Below, in pieces: positions 1 through 11,659 of a stretch of DNA of 64,000 nt (within the stretch, counting starts at the first letter, position 1; each line of letters opens with the position of its first letter). Source of the stretch: Lama guanicoe. Its lineage: Eukaryota. The notes under the pieces were generated by a model that saw only the letters and a program-made list of their open reading frames with translations, did not search any database and was not told the origin of the DNA. The translations under genes and the position numbers were made by a program. The stretch spans positions 7,897,027 to 7,961,026 of the forward strand of contig MU053652.1 of NCBI GenBank assembly GCA_013239625.1, read 5' to 3'.

Positions 1-79
1 TCACCAAGAAGATTCATAAGAATATTATGAAAGCACTTACAACAGTTCCACATCAAGATAACAGCTATGTGATCGGCTA

Positions 80-803
80 TGTGAAGATTCCAGGCCAAAC
101 TGCACTTGGATGCAAAAACAAAAGGCTGTCCTGCACCTGGGGCCCCTAAATTAGGCATTCAGAGATTTTTACTCCCTGATAGGCAGGATCAAAGCCCCTA
201 CTGAGCCTGGAAGTAGTTTCAGAAGATGGACCTTCGCCCCTCTGCCACCCCATAAGATTATGGGAGTAAAATCTCTGAGGGTGGAATGAGACAGGATGGA
301 AGGGGGCAGGGCACAACCATTCAAGGAATGCCACAGCAATTAACATCAAAATGGTGAAAGATTCAACCCCCATTAAGCCTTGAGGCTCAAGACGGTGGGA
401 GATGTGACTTCTAGCAGAGCTTGAGCTTCATTATACGCTCATTGTAATATATTATCATGGTGAATAACACACCCACGGGCACCATGGCAGTCCCAAGGCT
501 AGCCACAAAAGGTCAAAGGGTGGCAAATGGCCAACCTCCTGGGAATCCCAGCCCCTTCCCCTTAGACTCGTCCTTCTACTTATTAGCATATGAAGCCACC
601 AAGCCCGTAAAAGCCAGCAACACAGCGCCTCGGGGCCACCCCTCTCTCTCCCTCTTCGAGATGGCCCGCATTCTGTCTATGGAGTGTGTACCTACTTTTA
701 AACTGGGCACCCAACCCCCCCCCCTTGTGGCCTTTCTCTTGCCTTTCAATGTATCTCTCTGAATAAATCTACCTTCACTCAAAAAAAAAAAAAAAAAAGA
801 AAA
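80..803 (+). mobile_element. MER41-like ERV1 LTR (U3-R) ending in a poly(A) tail
   Basis: MER41-type blocks in the expected order (TTAGGCATTC, CATTATACGCT, CACCATGGCAGT, TTAGCATAT, CCTCGGGGC, TCTGTCTATGGAGT); AATAAA 762-767; A18 at 781-798. 5' boundary uncertain. Confidence 0.75.
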
Positions 804-2689
804 CCTAGCACATAACCTCAAGAAGACCACTGAGTACTGGGAGAGTGGGGGTGGACACAGATACCAAACCGACTGGTAAATTTCGATTGTTGTTTAATGT
901 TATTTTTCATTTTCCTGCTGTCAACTTACTGTGGCAGAATAAATGATCTCCTTTTCTATCTTGCATCTGAAAAGATGAGCTCTGTCCTCCCTTTCTATTG
1001 CAATCCGCCTTTCCCTGCTCAATAAATACAAACAGAGCTCTTCAGAAAGAAAGTTAAACTGTTCTGGATTCAGGCCCATTGAGGAAGATTATCACAGAAG
1101 GAGAATGGACAGAGGTTATTGACTGGAATTGAAGAAGAAGGTGATTGACACCTAGAGGAGATTTCCAAAGGTAGGTAGGGACTTGGGTTCTTATTCCCAC
1201 TTGAAATCTCAGTAAGTGGCAGGACCTCTGATAAGAAATGTATGTACACTGCTGGTGGCTCAATCTCTATTGCCACGGTCTTTTGAGCCTTGAAGAAGGC
1301 TCTGGGGCTGAGATGGCCTTGGAGGAAGGGTACTACACAAGCAACAGAGTAGCCTACCTTAAAATAGGTCGCACGGGCTTGAGCAATGAGCATGGCAACT
1401 AGGCAGCTAGAATGAACTCAGATCAAGAATCCTTTCTTCCATGATGATATAGGATGAACTCTGTAATAACCCCAGGAGTCATGAATAACCTCAAGGAGGA
1501 GCTTTCGAGTAAGTAACATTAAATATGTTGACAAGCGTGTTCAGTAAGTTTTTTTTGATTTTTCGAAATAAGGTAGTGTGATTTTTGTTTCACCCAAGTC
1601 TCATGGGGCAACTTCATATTCCTTACAGTCAGATAGATAGATAAGTACTAAAATGCGGAATGTACTGGGTGTTAGAAATGCTCATAAGAGAAAGCAACTA
1701 CCAGATTTCCTAGATTTTAAAACTTGTCTGGTCACTTTGGTATTTCTCTATTGGAATATGTCTTAAAACTGATGCATACCTTTACTATTTTCTTTGTTTT
1801 GCTTTAATTTTCCAAAAAAAAAGCTGTTATTTTATTTTATTTTAATAATGAGAAGGGATAATTTTCTTTTATATAAAAATATAAATATAAAAGGCTGACA
1901 TTTTTAGAGTCAAGGAAATATCATCATTTCCTGTAGGGAACTAAAGGAGACAGGAAGGTATCATAGAGGAACTAATTTTTTTAATAGATTCAAAAGATGA
2001 ATAGTGAATGAAGTGGAGTAGATGAAAATAAATGGAAAAAGCATCATATGTGCAAGAAAACCTGAGCACATCATTGGCAGGCAAGTGACTTAGCACCTCT
2101 TAGCCAATATGCAAAAACTACTTGTTGACTATTTTGTTAGAGAGTATGGAAAATTATATTAATAAAAAAATTTGCATAGAAACAAATTCCTTTGCTAATT
2201 GGCTTCTACTGGTCAAAGCACAATGAATGTTCTGAAAAAAATGTGACCACTTAGTTGGATGCATGTTCATAGATCAAAATTTAAATAAAAAGATGAATCA
2301 TGTCCGCATTAAGAAGCATTGTTACCGGCGTCTTGGACCTTGGCATTTTGGCTGTTTATTACCGCTTATTTGCAAGAAAGCTCAGTATAGAGAGCTAATT
2401 CTAGCAAGAAGAGTTTTGTATTTTTATTTCTGCTTCAGGGCTTGCCTCTTTTGGCAGAAATGGGACCAAAAATTTACATTTTGCCAAAGATGACAGGTCA
2501 AAGCCTGCAGTATCTGGCAACAAATTTTCCTTGTAATCCAGGACTGTGCAGCACTTGGAGAAGCTGGCACCCGGCTGGGGCTGTCCATGTGGCCCATGCC
2601 TTAATCTAGCTCTGAGTTCAAGGAACTTTGAGAAGCAAAACTGTGTTTGTGGGAGGGACGTGAAATGAGGCAGTATAGTAAATTACTGT

Positions 2690-2900
2690 TTTAATGAGAT
2701 ACTGTGGCAAACATCATTTCTCTTGATCCCTGCATCCTTGTGCTATAGTGTCATAACTTCCATGTTAAATGATGAAACTGAAACTGAAACTGAGGAAATT
2801 AACCTACCTTAAATGAGACTAATCAAACAATACATAAGTAGAAACTGGAGTGTAGGTCCTCTGAATCTCAACTCATGTCCTGCCCACTACTCCCCTAAAC
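2690..2900 (-). mobile_element. MIR SINE
   Basis: Degenerate MIR core (GAAACTGAGG...TAAGTAGAAACTGGA...CTCTGAATCTCAA). Confidence 0.55.
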
Positions 2901-3065
2901 AGGCACTGTGACTCTTTTATCCAAGTGAGAGATTCTTTTGTTTGTTCAAATAAATCAATATACTTGATATTTCAAGAATTGTTTATGCCACAAGTATTAA
3001 AAGCAAATGAAAGAATGAAAGTAAATCATCCAACTGGTTTAGATTAGAAAAATGCCACATCTCCT

Positions 3066-3152
3066 TTTTTTTTAAAATGGAGGTACTGGGAATTGAACCC
3101 ATGACCTCACGCTTGCTAAGCATGTGCTCTACCACGGAGCTATTACCCCCCC
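3066..3152 (-). mobile_element. tRNA-Ala-derived camelid SINE (short form) with target-site duplication
   Basis: Minus strand GGGGGGGTAATAGCTCCGTGGTAGAGCACATGCTTAGCAAGCGTGAGGTCATGGGTTCAATTCCCAGTACCTCCA plus A-rich tail; flanks CACATCTCCTTTTT (3056-3069) and CACGTCTCCTTTTT (3157-3170). Confidence 0.85.
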
Positions 3153-4134
3153 TCAGCACGTCTCCTTTTTGTACACTCAATGTAGGGGGCCCCTACACAA
3201 TGATCAGGCTCCCGGTTGCTAATGGTGGAAGCTACAGCTTATTATCTGACTTCTTCTAAAATGTGAACCATAACAAAAGGGACAACCACATAATTGGAGC
3301 CATGACTGCCAGGGCCCCGCCCACATCCTGGAAGGCTCCTGGTTTTCAATGGAGTTGGTAGCTGTTGTGAAAAATGGCAAATTCAAATCCAAGCAGTTGT
3401 GGTTTGTAAAGCTCTTTATAGAGTTAAGGTAAGCAAATTTATTTGTAGCAAAATACACGCAATGAAAGTCCTTTGGGATAAACATTCCTAAGTAAGTTGC
3501 TGAAACACTGTGGATTTTTTAACCACAAAGTAATTCCCTAGTAATCAGTTTTGAATGCTGACAGGCTTGTTTTCTTCCTGGTTTCTTATTTCTGACCTTT
3601 TTAATTCCTTACTTTAGCAACAGTAAAAATATTCCAACATAATTCTTTCCAAGGACTCTCTGTCAGCAGCTGTGAAACCTCTAAACTCTGTTTTTATTCG
3701 GCTGGTCATTAAGTAAGGTCAGCGTGGGGCCTATGTCACACTTTCTAGTCAAATTAAACAGCTTTTCAACTGGTGAGAAATGAAGAGTCCTGATTACCAA
3801 CATCCCAAGTTTCTGAAACCTACCATGACATTGCTATTATGTGGTAGACGAAAAGTCTGTGCTAAATTTCTGACTAACACGTTGAACTCATTCATCTAAC
3901 AACTTATTTTATTATTGTGTATGTGGGGTTTTTTTGTTTGTTTGTGTTTCCTTGCTCTCTTATTTTAGTTAAAAGACTGAAATGAAAGAATTTGAAAAAA
4001 TCAAAACGGGACAGACTTTAATATGCCAGGAGAATTATTTATTTGACAGATGGGAAACTAAAGTAAATGACATGCAAACCACAGGCTCAAACCCCCTTTT
4101 AGATATATACTCTGCTACTATTATCTGTGTGTGC

Positions 4135-4154
4135 GCACACACACACACACACAC
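4135..4154. repeat. (CA)n microsatellite
   Basis: About 10 CA units preceded by TGTGTGTGCG. Confidence 0.9.
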
Positions 4155-5233
4155 CCGCTCCCAGAGCAGCGGGTACCTTTTGGAGGAAGTTCTTGCTAAA
4201 ATCATAAGGTTAGTTTATAAGCACAGTTTATGACTCTTCTTTTATTGAAAGTGCGTGACCAAATGCTGTTGAGCACAATGGTGATTCAGCGTATTGTATT
4301 TTTTGGTAGAATGTTAACACGCCTATGAAAGTTCCAATTCAAGATCTTAAAGAGTTGGCTGAATATCAATGTGTGCTCACCCAGGTCATAAAGTCATAGT
4401 AGTGAGAATCATAGCTACTTCTCAAGATTTCTTCAAGATCCTTAAATTGTACTTAAAGAGTCTTCATATTTGGTTTCCAATTACCTTTTTAAATTTGTAT
4501 TTGTCCCCTGTCACCTTAACCTCCCCGGCAGCAGCATAAAACATGAAGTTTTCTGGCATTGTTTCTTTGTAAAAACAATTTTTTTTTTTGGCCTGGAAAT
4601 ATTTCTACTACTTCTGTATCTGACAGCATTTTAATGTCCTCTACTCACATAGCACCTCCTCGGTGAAATACTTTTCAATGACCTTAGGGAGAGTTGAGCA
4701 GTTACTGTCTCTGAGTTTTAACAACACTCGGTTTATACCTGTGTTACAGCACCTAACACCATAATGCGTGCTCTCACTAAACTCCACTAACATTTATAAA
4801 ATTTTGGAAATGTGACAAGAACTAGAAATATAATTATAAAAAAACAACCAATCAAACAAAAGTTGGGGTGGAGTCCCTGCACAGAGAGGAGGTAAATCCA
4901 TCCTCATGCTTATATGCAACTTAAGGATAATGATCATGCCTTGATTTATCTTTAAATTATCAGTACTAGGCCAGGGCTTGATCTATGAAATGTATATGGT
5001 AAATATTTATTGAATTATATCAGAATTTCAGAGCTGAAGTTCAGATTTCCTGATCATGAATAAAAGAACATTTCCTTGACCAGATAACTCTTCATGTCAC
5101 TGCTACATTCTAGAAAAAGGCAGAGGTTTATTATATAAATATTTCATATTTGTTCACATAATGATAAAAAAAACTGCAGCTATTAGTCAAAAATCTGACT
5201 TTGGAAAGTTTTAAGTATGATTAAACTAGTTAA

Positions 5234-5620
5234 ACAGTGTGTTCTGTGGGATGTTTGTATGTATTACAGGGAAAAAGGAGTTCTGCAGTTATGCAAATTT
5301 AGGAAACATTGGGTTAAATGCAGTTAAATAACTTTATTATATGACTTCTCAAATATTGGAGTGTGTTGCAAATCTCTAAGAGGAGGATGGAGTCTGATTC
5401 ATTTCCCAAACTTATTTGGCAAAGGAATCTTTTCATCCATGAGGAGCTTATGAAGAGTGACCATGTAATTTATTGCTCAAACTGGGGCACTTTTGGGTGC
5501 AAGAGAGAGAGCTATTAATAATTATGTTAGGTGTAAACTGGGATTATGCCAGGCAAACCAGGACGTATGGTCACCCTAATCCTACAGGATTAGTTTCCTT
5601 TTGAGATAGCGTTTGAAAAA
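5234..5620. mobile_element. MER103C-like hAT-Charlie element interrupted by MER94
   Basis: GTGTGTTCTGTGGGATG...GGAAACATTGGGTTAAA...TTTCCCAAACTTATTTG matches the remembered MER103C consensus. Confidence 0.7.
5454..5577. mobile_element. MER94 (hAT-Blackjack) nested insertion
   Basis: TIRs AGAGTGACCAT / ATGGTCACCCT; internal GGGGCACTTTTG, CTATTAATAATTA. Confidence 0.8.
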
Positions 5621-6107
5621 AAAAAAAACAAAACCTAAACTAACATGGTCAAAGTTCAAAACTACTTGTATGTTAATATATATCCAGGATTAGTATTTGT
5701 GTTGATGATAACAGCAACTGGGAGGTCACAAGATGACTCAATATCATGCTATATTTTTATTTTTCCAGCACAAGGATCCTTACTATTTTTACATCTTTTT
5801 CTTTGAAACTGTACAGTTTGAATGATGGAAGTGACAATAGAGTTATGCTTGTCTGGGGAAGAATAATACACAATGGAATGCCTCATTTAGCTGTTGGGAT
5901 GATGACTGAAAAATATTGGCTTCTGGCCGTGAGGCCATCCCCATCCCACCCAAATACTAGGATTGCATAGACCAACACTCTCTCCCTTCTTTCACACTGA
6001 GCATTGACCGTATTGTGTAAATGAGTTCAACCGCAGAAAAGCACCAGTATTTCTTGCTTAGGTGCAAGGGAAAAAAGCTCCAAAATGTGGAATAACCCCA
6101 GGTCTAG

Positions 6108-6428
6108 ACTAGAATTGTCCATAGAAATATAATGAGAGCCACTGTGTAACTTTAAATATGCTCCAGTAGTCGCCTTACAAAATGTTTTAAAGTAACAGGT
6201 GGAATTAAATTTAATAATATTTTTAACTCAACATACCCATGGTAATTATTTCAATATACAGTCAATCTAAAAATATTAATGTGATATTTCCATTTTTTTT
6301 CCCTAAATCTTTGATGTCTGGGGTGGATTTTGCACTTACAGCCAAACTCAGTTCCAACGAGCCACATGTCAAGTGCTCCGTAGCCACAAGTGGCCAGGGG
6401 TTACCATATTGGAGAGTGAGTTCTAGAA
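6108..6428. mobile_element. MER33 (hAT-Charlie)
   Basis: TGTCCATAGAAATATAATGAGAGCCAC...CAAGTGCTCCGTAGCCACAAGTGGCCAG; TCTAGA-type flanks on both sides. Confidence 0.8.
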
Positions 6429-6639
6429 TCTCTTGCATATTTTTGTATTTGGCTGTCCAGATGATTTCATATATTCTTAGGGGATGAGTTATATCCCCTA
6501 AGAATGACTTTCGTCACCTAAGAATATGTGAAAAATAAAAAGATATCACTGTATTGAATCATCTTATGATCTTCCTATTGCTGTTATCATTGCAGTTTCA
6601 ACACAACTACTTACTGAAGAAAAATAGGTAATGAGAATG

Positions 6640-7140
6640 ACAGTTGCTGGCATTTCTTACTTTCCTACGTACTAGCCACTGTGTCTAATGCTCCCATACA
6701 TTACCTGATGCAATCCCTGTGCCTGTGAGGTAGTTACTATTTGTATCCCTATTTCATGAAAGAGAAAACTAAGGTTGGGAGATAGTAAATAACTTGCCCA
6801 AGGCTGTCAACTGATAAGATAAGGTCATGTGGTGCTACAGACTCCAATAACAAGGATGCTGACCCACCTGGTCCAGTGCCCCAGTTTCACATTTCTGCTC
6901 AACCCCTTACCAAATGTGATCATTTGGCAGATCATTTACTTAGCAAAAGTAACTGGTTCTGTTCTGGTTCTGTTGTAAAGATTCAATGACTACACTAATA
7001 TAAAGATTTAGCACAAAACCCATCACATATTAAGCTCAATAAATGTTGGCCTTGTTAGTATATTATTTCTATTACTAGTAATGTTACAAGTATTGTAAAG
7101 TAGCAGAGCCTGGAATCAAACTCTGGTCTATCTGGTTTTA
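6640..7140. mobile_element. Cluster of MIR fragments in opposite orientations
   Basis: GTGAGGTAGTTACTATT...AATAACTTGCCCAAGG and TTGTAAAGATTCAATGA...TAAGCTCAATAAATG; the first MIR resumes near 7095. Confidence 0.65.
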
Positions 7141-7898
7141 GGGCAACATATATTGTATTACAGCTAATTCCAAAAAGACAATAATATTACTTGTCATTGT
7201 ATGACAGTTTTTGATGTGCACTCAATGAATTTGTTTTCATTTTGCAAACTTCCCTAAGATGTTCAAAAGATCAAAGAAATAGATAATTCATGCTATCTAT
7301 CTACATTACAATTCTACCTATACAAATCTATCTATATTACAATTTATGTTGTAAAAAACAGCCAAGGTAACTCAGTTTGAACTTTTCAGAAGAAAAGTAT
7401 TACATAAATCCAAGAAACCATACTTAAAATGTTTCAATTTATTATGACATTTCAAGAATTAAGGTTGATTCTCAACTAAGTCCATACCATTAAAAAGTTT
7501 ATCTAGAGATGAAACATTTAAAATAACTTTTGTTTTGGAAATCTTCAAACATGCTCAAAATAGAATTTTATAATAAACCTACATGTACCAATCAGGCAGC
7601 TCCAACAGTTAACCGTACAATTTTATTTCATCTGTACCTTTTCTACTACCAGCATTATCACCACTGTATTATTTTAAAGCAAATTTCAGACATCTCATTA
7701 TTTCACTTCACAATATTAACGTTGTATACGCCTAAAAGATACGGATTTTCTGTGGAAAATCTCAGTCTTAGGCTGAAGATACTATTTTCCAAAAGATAGC
7801 CTTAATTTGGGAATCTCAATTTTAATTCCCTTTCCTTGTTACTTTTCTAAGAAATGTCCAGTTTATAGCACTGATATCAGCATTTCATTTGATCTTGG

Positions 7899-8390
7899 AC
7901 AATGGTTCTCAAACTTTTTGTTCCCAAATCCCTTAACACCCTCAAACTTATTAAGGATCTCAAAGAGCTCTGGTTTATGTGAGTTACCTGTTGACGTTTA
8001 CTATGTCAGAAATTCATACTGAGAAATTTTTTAAAAATTAATTCACTTAGAAGGGGAATATATGTATGCATATGTATGACTGAGACATTATGTTGCACAC
8101 CAGAAATTGCCACAACATTGTAAACTGACTATACTTCAATAAAAAAATTAATTCGTTTAAAAATAACAATGTAGTTTAGTTGAAGTGTGGAATCATAAAC
8201 CCAATAACATGTTAGTACGAGTAGCACATCTGTATGGAAATAGCTTTGTTTTCCAAAACAAAACTAAACGAGTGAGAAGAATGGCATTGTTTCACATTTT
8301 TGCAGATCTCTTACTGTCTGCTTGATAGATTCATCTGGATTCTCATATATATTTCTGCCTTTAATCTGTTGCAGTATATTGTTGGTTGAA
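7899..8390. mobile_element. Charlie1-type hAT transposon end fragment, interrupted by an L1 tail
   Basis: CAATGGTTCTCAAACTTTTTG...CAAAGAGCTCTGGTTTATGTG...GAGTGAGAAGAATGGCATTGTTT. Confidence 0.7.
8053..8147 (+). mobile_element. Very short 5'-truncated young L1 (3' end only) with TSD
   Basis: ...CACACCAGAAATTGCCACAACATTGTAAACTGACTATACTTCAATAAAAAAA; exact 12-bp flank repeat AAAAATTAATTC at 8033-8044 and 8143-8154; same family as the 39.5-kb L1 tail. Confidence 0.85.
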
Positions 8391-8459
8391 GAATATGAAG
8401 TATAATGAATTCAGGTAAGAATCATCAACATAGGCTAAAAACATGGGTGGACATATGAA

Positions 8460-9290
8460 GAGGGATAGGACATTTAGATAGTGAAAGATCTCCCTCCTAA
8501 TTATTTGTGAATCACAAATTCATTAAAAAATTGTAATTTTTTGCAATTGCAATTGTAATTTTACAGTGGAGAAACCAAGTGGACACCATCTTTACTGAGC
8601 TGATGTCACCAAAATGGGAAACTGACTTCAAGTTCTTCTGATGCGGTGCCTGAGAAGATCACAGCATCACTTTTGTTATACTTGTGTCAAAAGATTCATA
8701 GCCTGCTTCTAATCACCAGGAAACTCACATCAAAGAACACAGTACAAAACAATTGTCCCAGACGCTTTAAGATACCACTGTCATGAAAGAACCCTCCCTC
8801 CACCTGCCACAAAAAGCTGGGGAACTTGTTCTAGATTAAAAGCAACTTAAAGAAAAAAAGACATAGCAATTAAATATAATGCATGTTCTTGAATTGGACC
8901 CTGGATCAGGGCAGAGTTGGGGGGGCGGTGTGGAGGTATAACATGAAGACAATTGCCAAAGTTTAAATATGTATCAAACAATAGATAATTGCATTGAACT
9001 AGTGTTAAATTTCATGAATTTAATCCTTGTACTATGATTTTTTAAGAGAATATCCTTATTCTTAAGAAATACTAACAAGTATCTTTGGGGTGAAGAAGTA
9101 TGTCTATGATTCTCTCAAATGATTCATGAAAAAATCAATAATATGGATAGATAGATATGATATAGAATAATAGAGCAAATGTGGCAAAATGTGAGTAATT
9201 GATGAGTCTCACTGAAGAGTATATAGGGGTTTCTTGCGTTAGTCTTATGTCTTCTCTACAAAAATTATTTCAAAATAAGTAGCTAAAAAT
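8460..9290 (+). mobile_element. Old L1 (L1MC/L1ME type) 3' end
   Basis: TTTACAGTGGAGAAACC, CACAGCATCACTT, TTCTAGATTAAA, AGCAAATGTGGCAAAATGT motifs. Confidence 0.7.
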
Positions 9291-9816
9291 AATAATATTA
9301 ATTTGGAATTTTAGAAATTCAGCTAAAATTTCTCCCAAGTATACTAAATTATCAAAGGCATACAGAATTAAAAACACACATTAATGAAGAAAAGTTCCCT
9401 AATGCCTTTCTTAATTTCCCATTTTAGAAATAGAAAGCAAGGAGATGGAAAAGATGAGCTTGTGATGAAATTAAAATAATTGTGTTACTTATTGACACGT
9501 TTTCTGAACTGAATACTTTTTATAAAAATACAAAGTTCTGTTTATAGTCAAAATGCACTTCTCTAGGACACAGTCAAAGTATTTCACAGTTTTATGGAAA
9601 TAAACACATAGTCATTTTAAATCAATTCAAATAAGCAAGATGCAGTAAAATCTATCACATGCTATCAGTGATATAAGTACCTGGAAAAATGAAAAATAGA
9701 AACATAGAACCTATCCTGGAGGAGTTTATAATTTCATCAAATGAAAAATTTTTTATGCGTGAATTAAAAAGTAAAATAACTGGCACATGATTTACTGCCC
9801 AAACATCAGTTATCAG

Positions 9817-10135
9817 CCAGCCCTATGGAGTGGAAATACAATGCAAGCCATTTAAGTAATTTTAATTTTCTAGTAGCCAAATTTAAAAAGAAAAAATAAA
9901 CAGGTCAAGTGAATGTTGGTAATCTGTTTTATTTAACCCAATCTATCCAAAATATTATTGCCACATACAATTAATATGAAAATTAATAAGATGTTTTACA
10001 TTCTTTTTTAGTACTAAGACTCAGAAATCTGTGTGTATTTTACATTTCTAGCACATTTCAATCAGATCAGCCACAATTCAAGTACTCAAAAGACCACTAT
10101 ACTATGACCAGTGGCTACAATTTCACACATTCGCT
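9817..10135. mobile_element. MER33 (second copy)
   Basis: Colinear similarity with 6108-6428 (TTTTCTAGTAGCCA...TTATTTAACCCAAT...AGCCACAATTCAAGTACTCAA). Confidence 0.75.
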
Positions 10136-10941
10136 CAGAGCAAGTATAAATAATGATGGGAGAATTTCTTCCATAAAAATAGCACAGTGGCAGCATATCA
10201 CTTAGCAACTGTATCCATATGACCCTTCTGTAAATTTAATCCAAGTTTCCCTTGGTCTCATCATCTTAGGTATACAAAAGGGTTTTGATTAATGGCAATT
10301 ATTCAAATTCAGTGAGCTTGCTGCTCTTTGCATTTCATAGGACAATGGTCGGTTCCAAAATTCCTCTTCCCCACAGTATTTTTTTCAGGGTCCAGGGTTG
10401 TCCTGCCCGTGTTCACAACCAATCCCCATACCTACCTCAGTTGAAAGTCACTTGAAGGGATGCATCACCACTGTCAAAAGCTGTGTCTCCCAGTGAATCT
10501 CAAATCTGCAGTTTAAGCATCAGAAATGGCACCACATTCCAGTCACAATTTATCGTGCTAGTGGAGCAATGTCTTGTTCCAAGATGTAGAAGATGTTCCT
10601 GTCCCAAATTTTGTCTTCTGTCATGAAAATAGCTCCGTCAGCTTCCACCCAAAGCATCTCTTCTCAAGAGGCTCTAACTTAGGAGGCGATCAGGAAAGAG
10701 AACTGGTGCCCTGTGTATTGTTTCCAGCGCCCAGGCTCCCCCATACTAAACTTCCTCAGCCTTCCTACAGCCCCAAACTGAAGTCCTCATGACAATTAAC
10801 CCATGAAAAGCAGGCTCTTCGCAGGCCTGTCCTACCAGTTGTCATAAGATGCTTAGTCATGTCTAAATCCTGGCAGTGGACACAGTCTATTTTGAAGCTA
10901 AGATCTCTGCCATATGGGGATTTACACACATTAAAAAAATA

Positions 10942-11070
10942 TTTTTTTAAATGTATTAGGGGGGAGGTAATTAGGTTTACTGAATTATTTTTAGAGAAGG
11001 TACTAGGGATTAGAACCAAGGACCTTGCACATGCTATGCATTCGCTCTACCACTTGCGCTATACCCTCCC
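10942..11070 (-). mobile_element. tRNA-Ala-derived camelid SINE (Vic-1-like long form)
   Basis: Minus strand GGGAGGGTATAGCGCAAGTGGTAGAGCG...GGTTCTAATCCCTAGTACC followed by AAACCTAATTACCTCCCCCC and an A tail. Confidence 0.85.
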
Positions 11071-11659
11071 TTCTAAAATGGGTTATGGACTAGTAAGTAT
11101 TTGGTATTCTGGAGATAGCCTCTTCTGTTCCAACTCCGCTAATTTTCCAGATGAATAAAGTGGCCTGACCAGTCTGAGGCAGCACCTGAGATAAACGTGG
11201 TCTCCTCTATTTTTCCAAATTGCCGCAGGTCTACCACTTCTGGTTTAGTGGGATTTCCATCACGCCTGTTGCCTAGGGAAGTTTGCTGTTTTAAAGATTC
11301 ATGTGGAGGATGATGACAAAAAGGTGTGTGTGTGTTTTGAGGGGGGCAGTCTTTTTGTGTGTCATTCAATGGGGAGAAAAAAGAAAAAGGAATCCAGAGA
11401 TTGAAATGAAAAAAATCCAAATCTAAGTCTCTGTGGAAAATTGGCTTCACTCGGCATTTCATACATGGCATACAGTAAAGTGACTATTCTTGCATATAAT
11501 TTTTGTCTTATTCCAGATGTGGTTGAGAACAAACAACAAAGTCATTGGTTATTTTCTTTTTATGGTCCTACTATGGAGTACAGAACATGGACTCTAACAG
11601 CATTTTTTAAGATTTATAAGGTTTTTAAAAAATAATATTTGAGATATTTGATGAGCTGT

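Noticed and set aside
1115..1512. Hyaluronidase-like words (VIDW, ..FRV), tempting because a HYAL cluster neighbours WASL in mammals
   Set aside because: Only 3-4 residue matches in different frames with many stops; from memory the HYAL genes lie on the strand opposite WASL and further away.
3076..3152. Functional tRNA-Ala(AGC) gene
   Set aside because: Stem mismatches, an A-rich tail and a TSD indicate a retroposed SINE.
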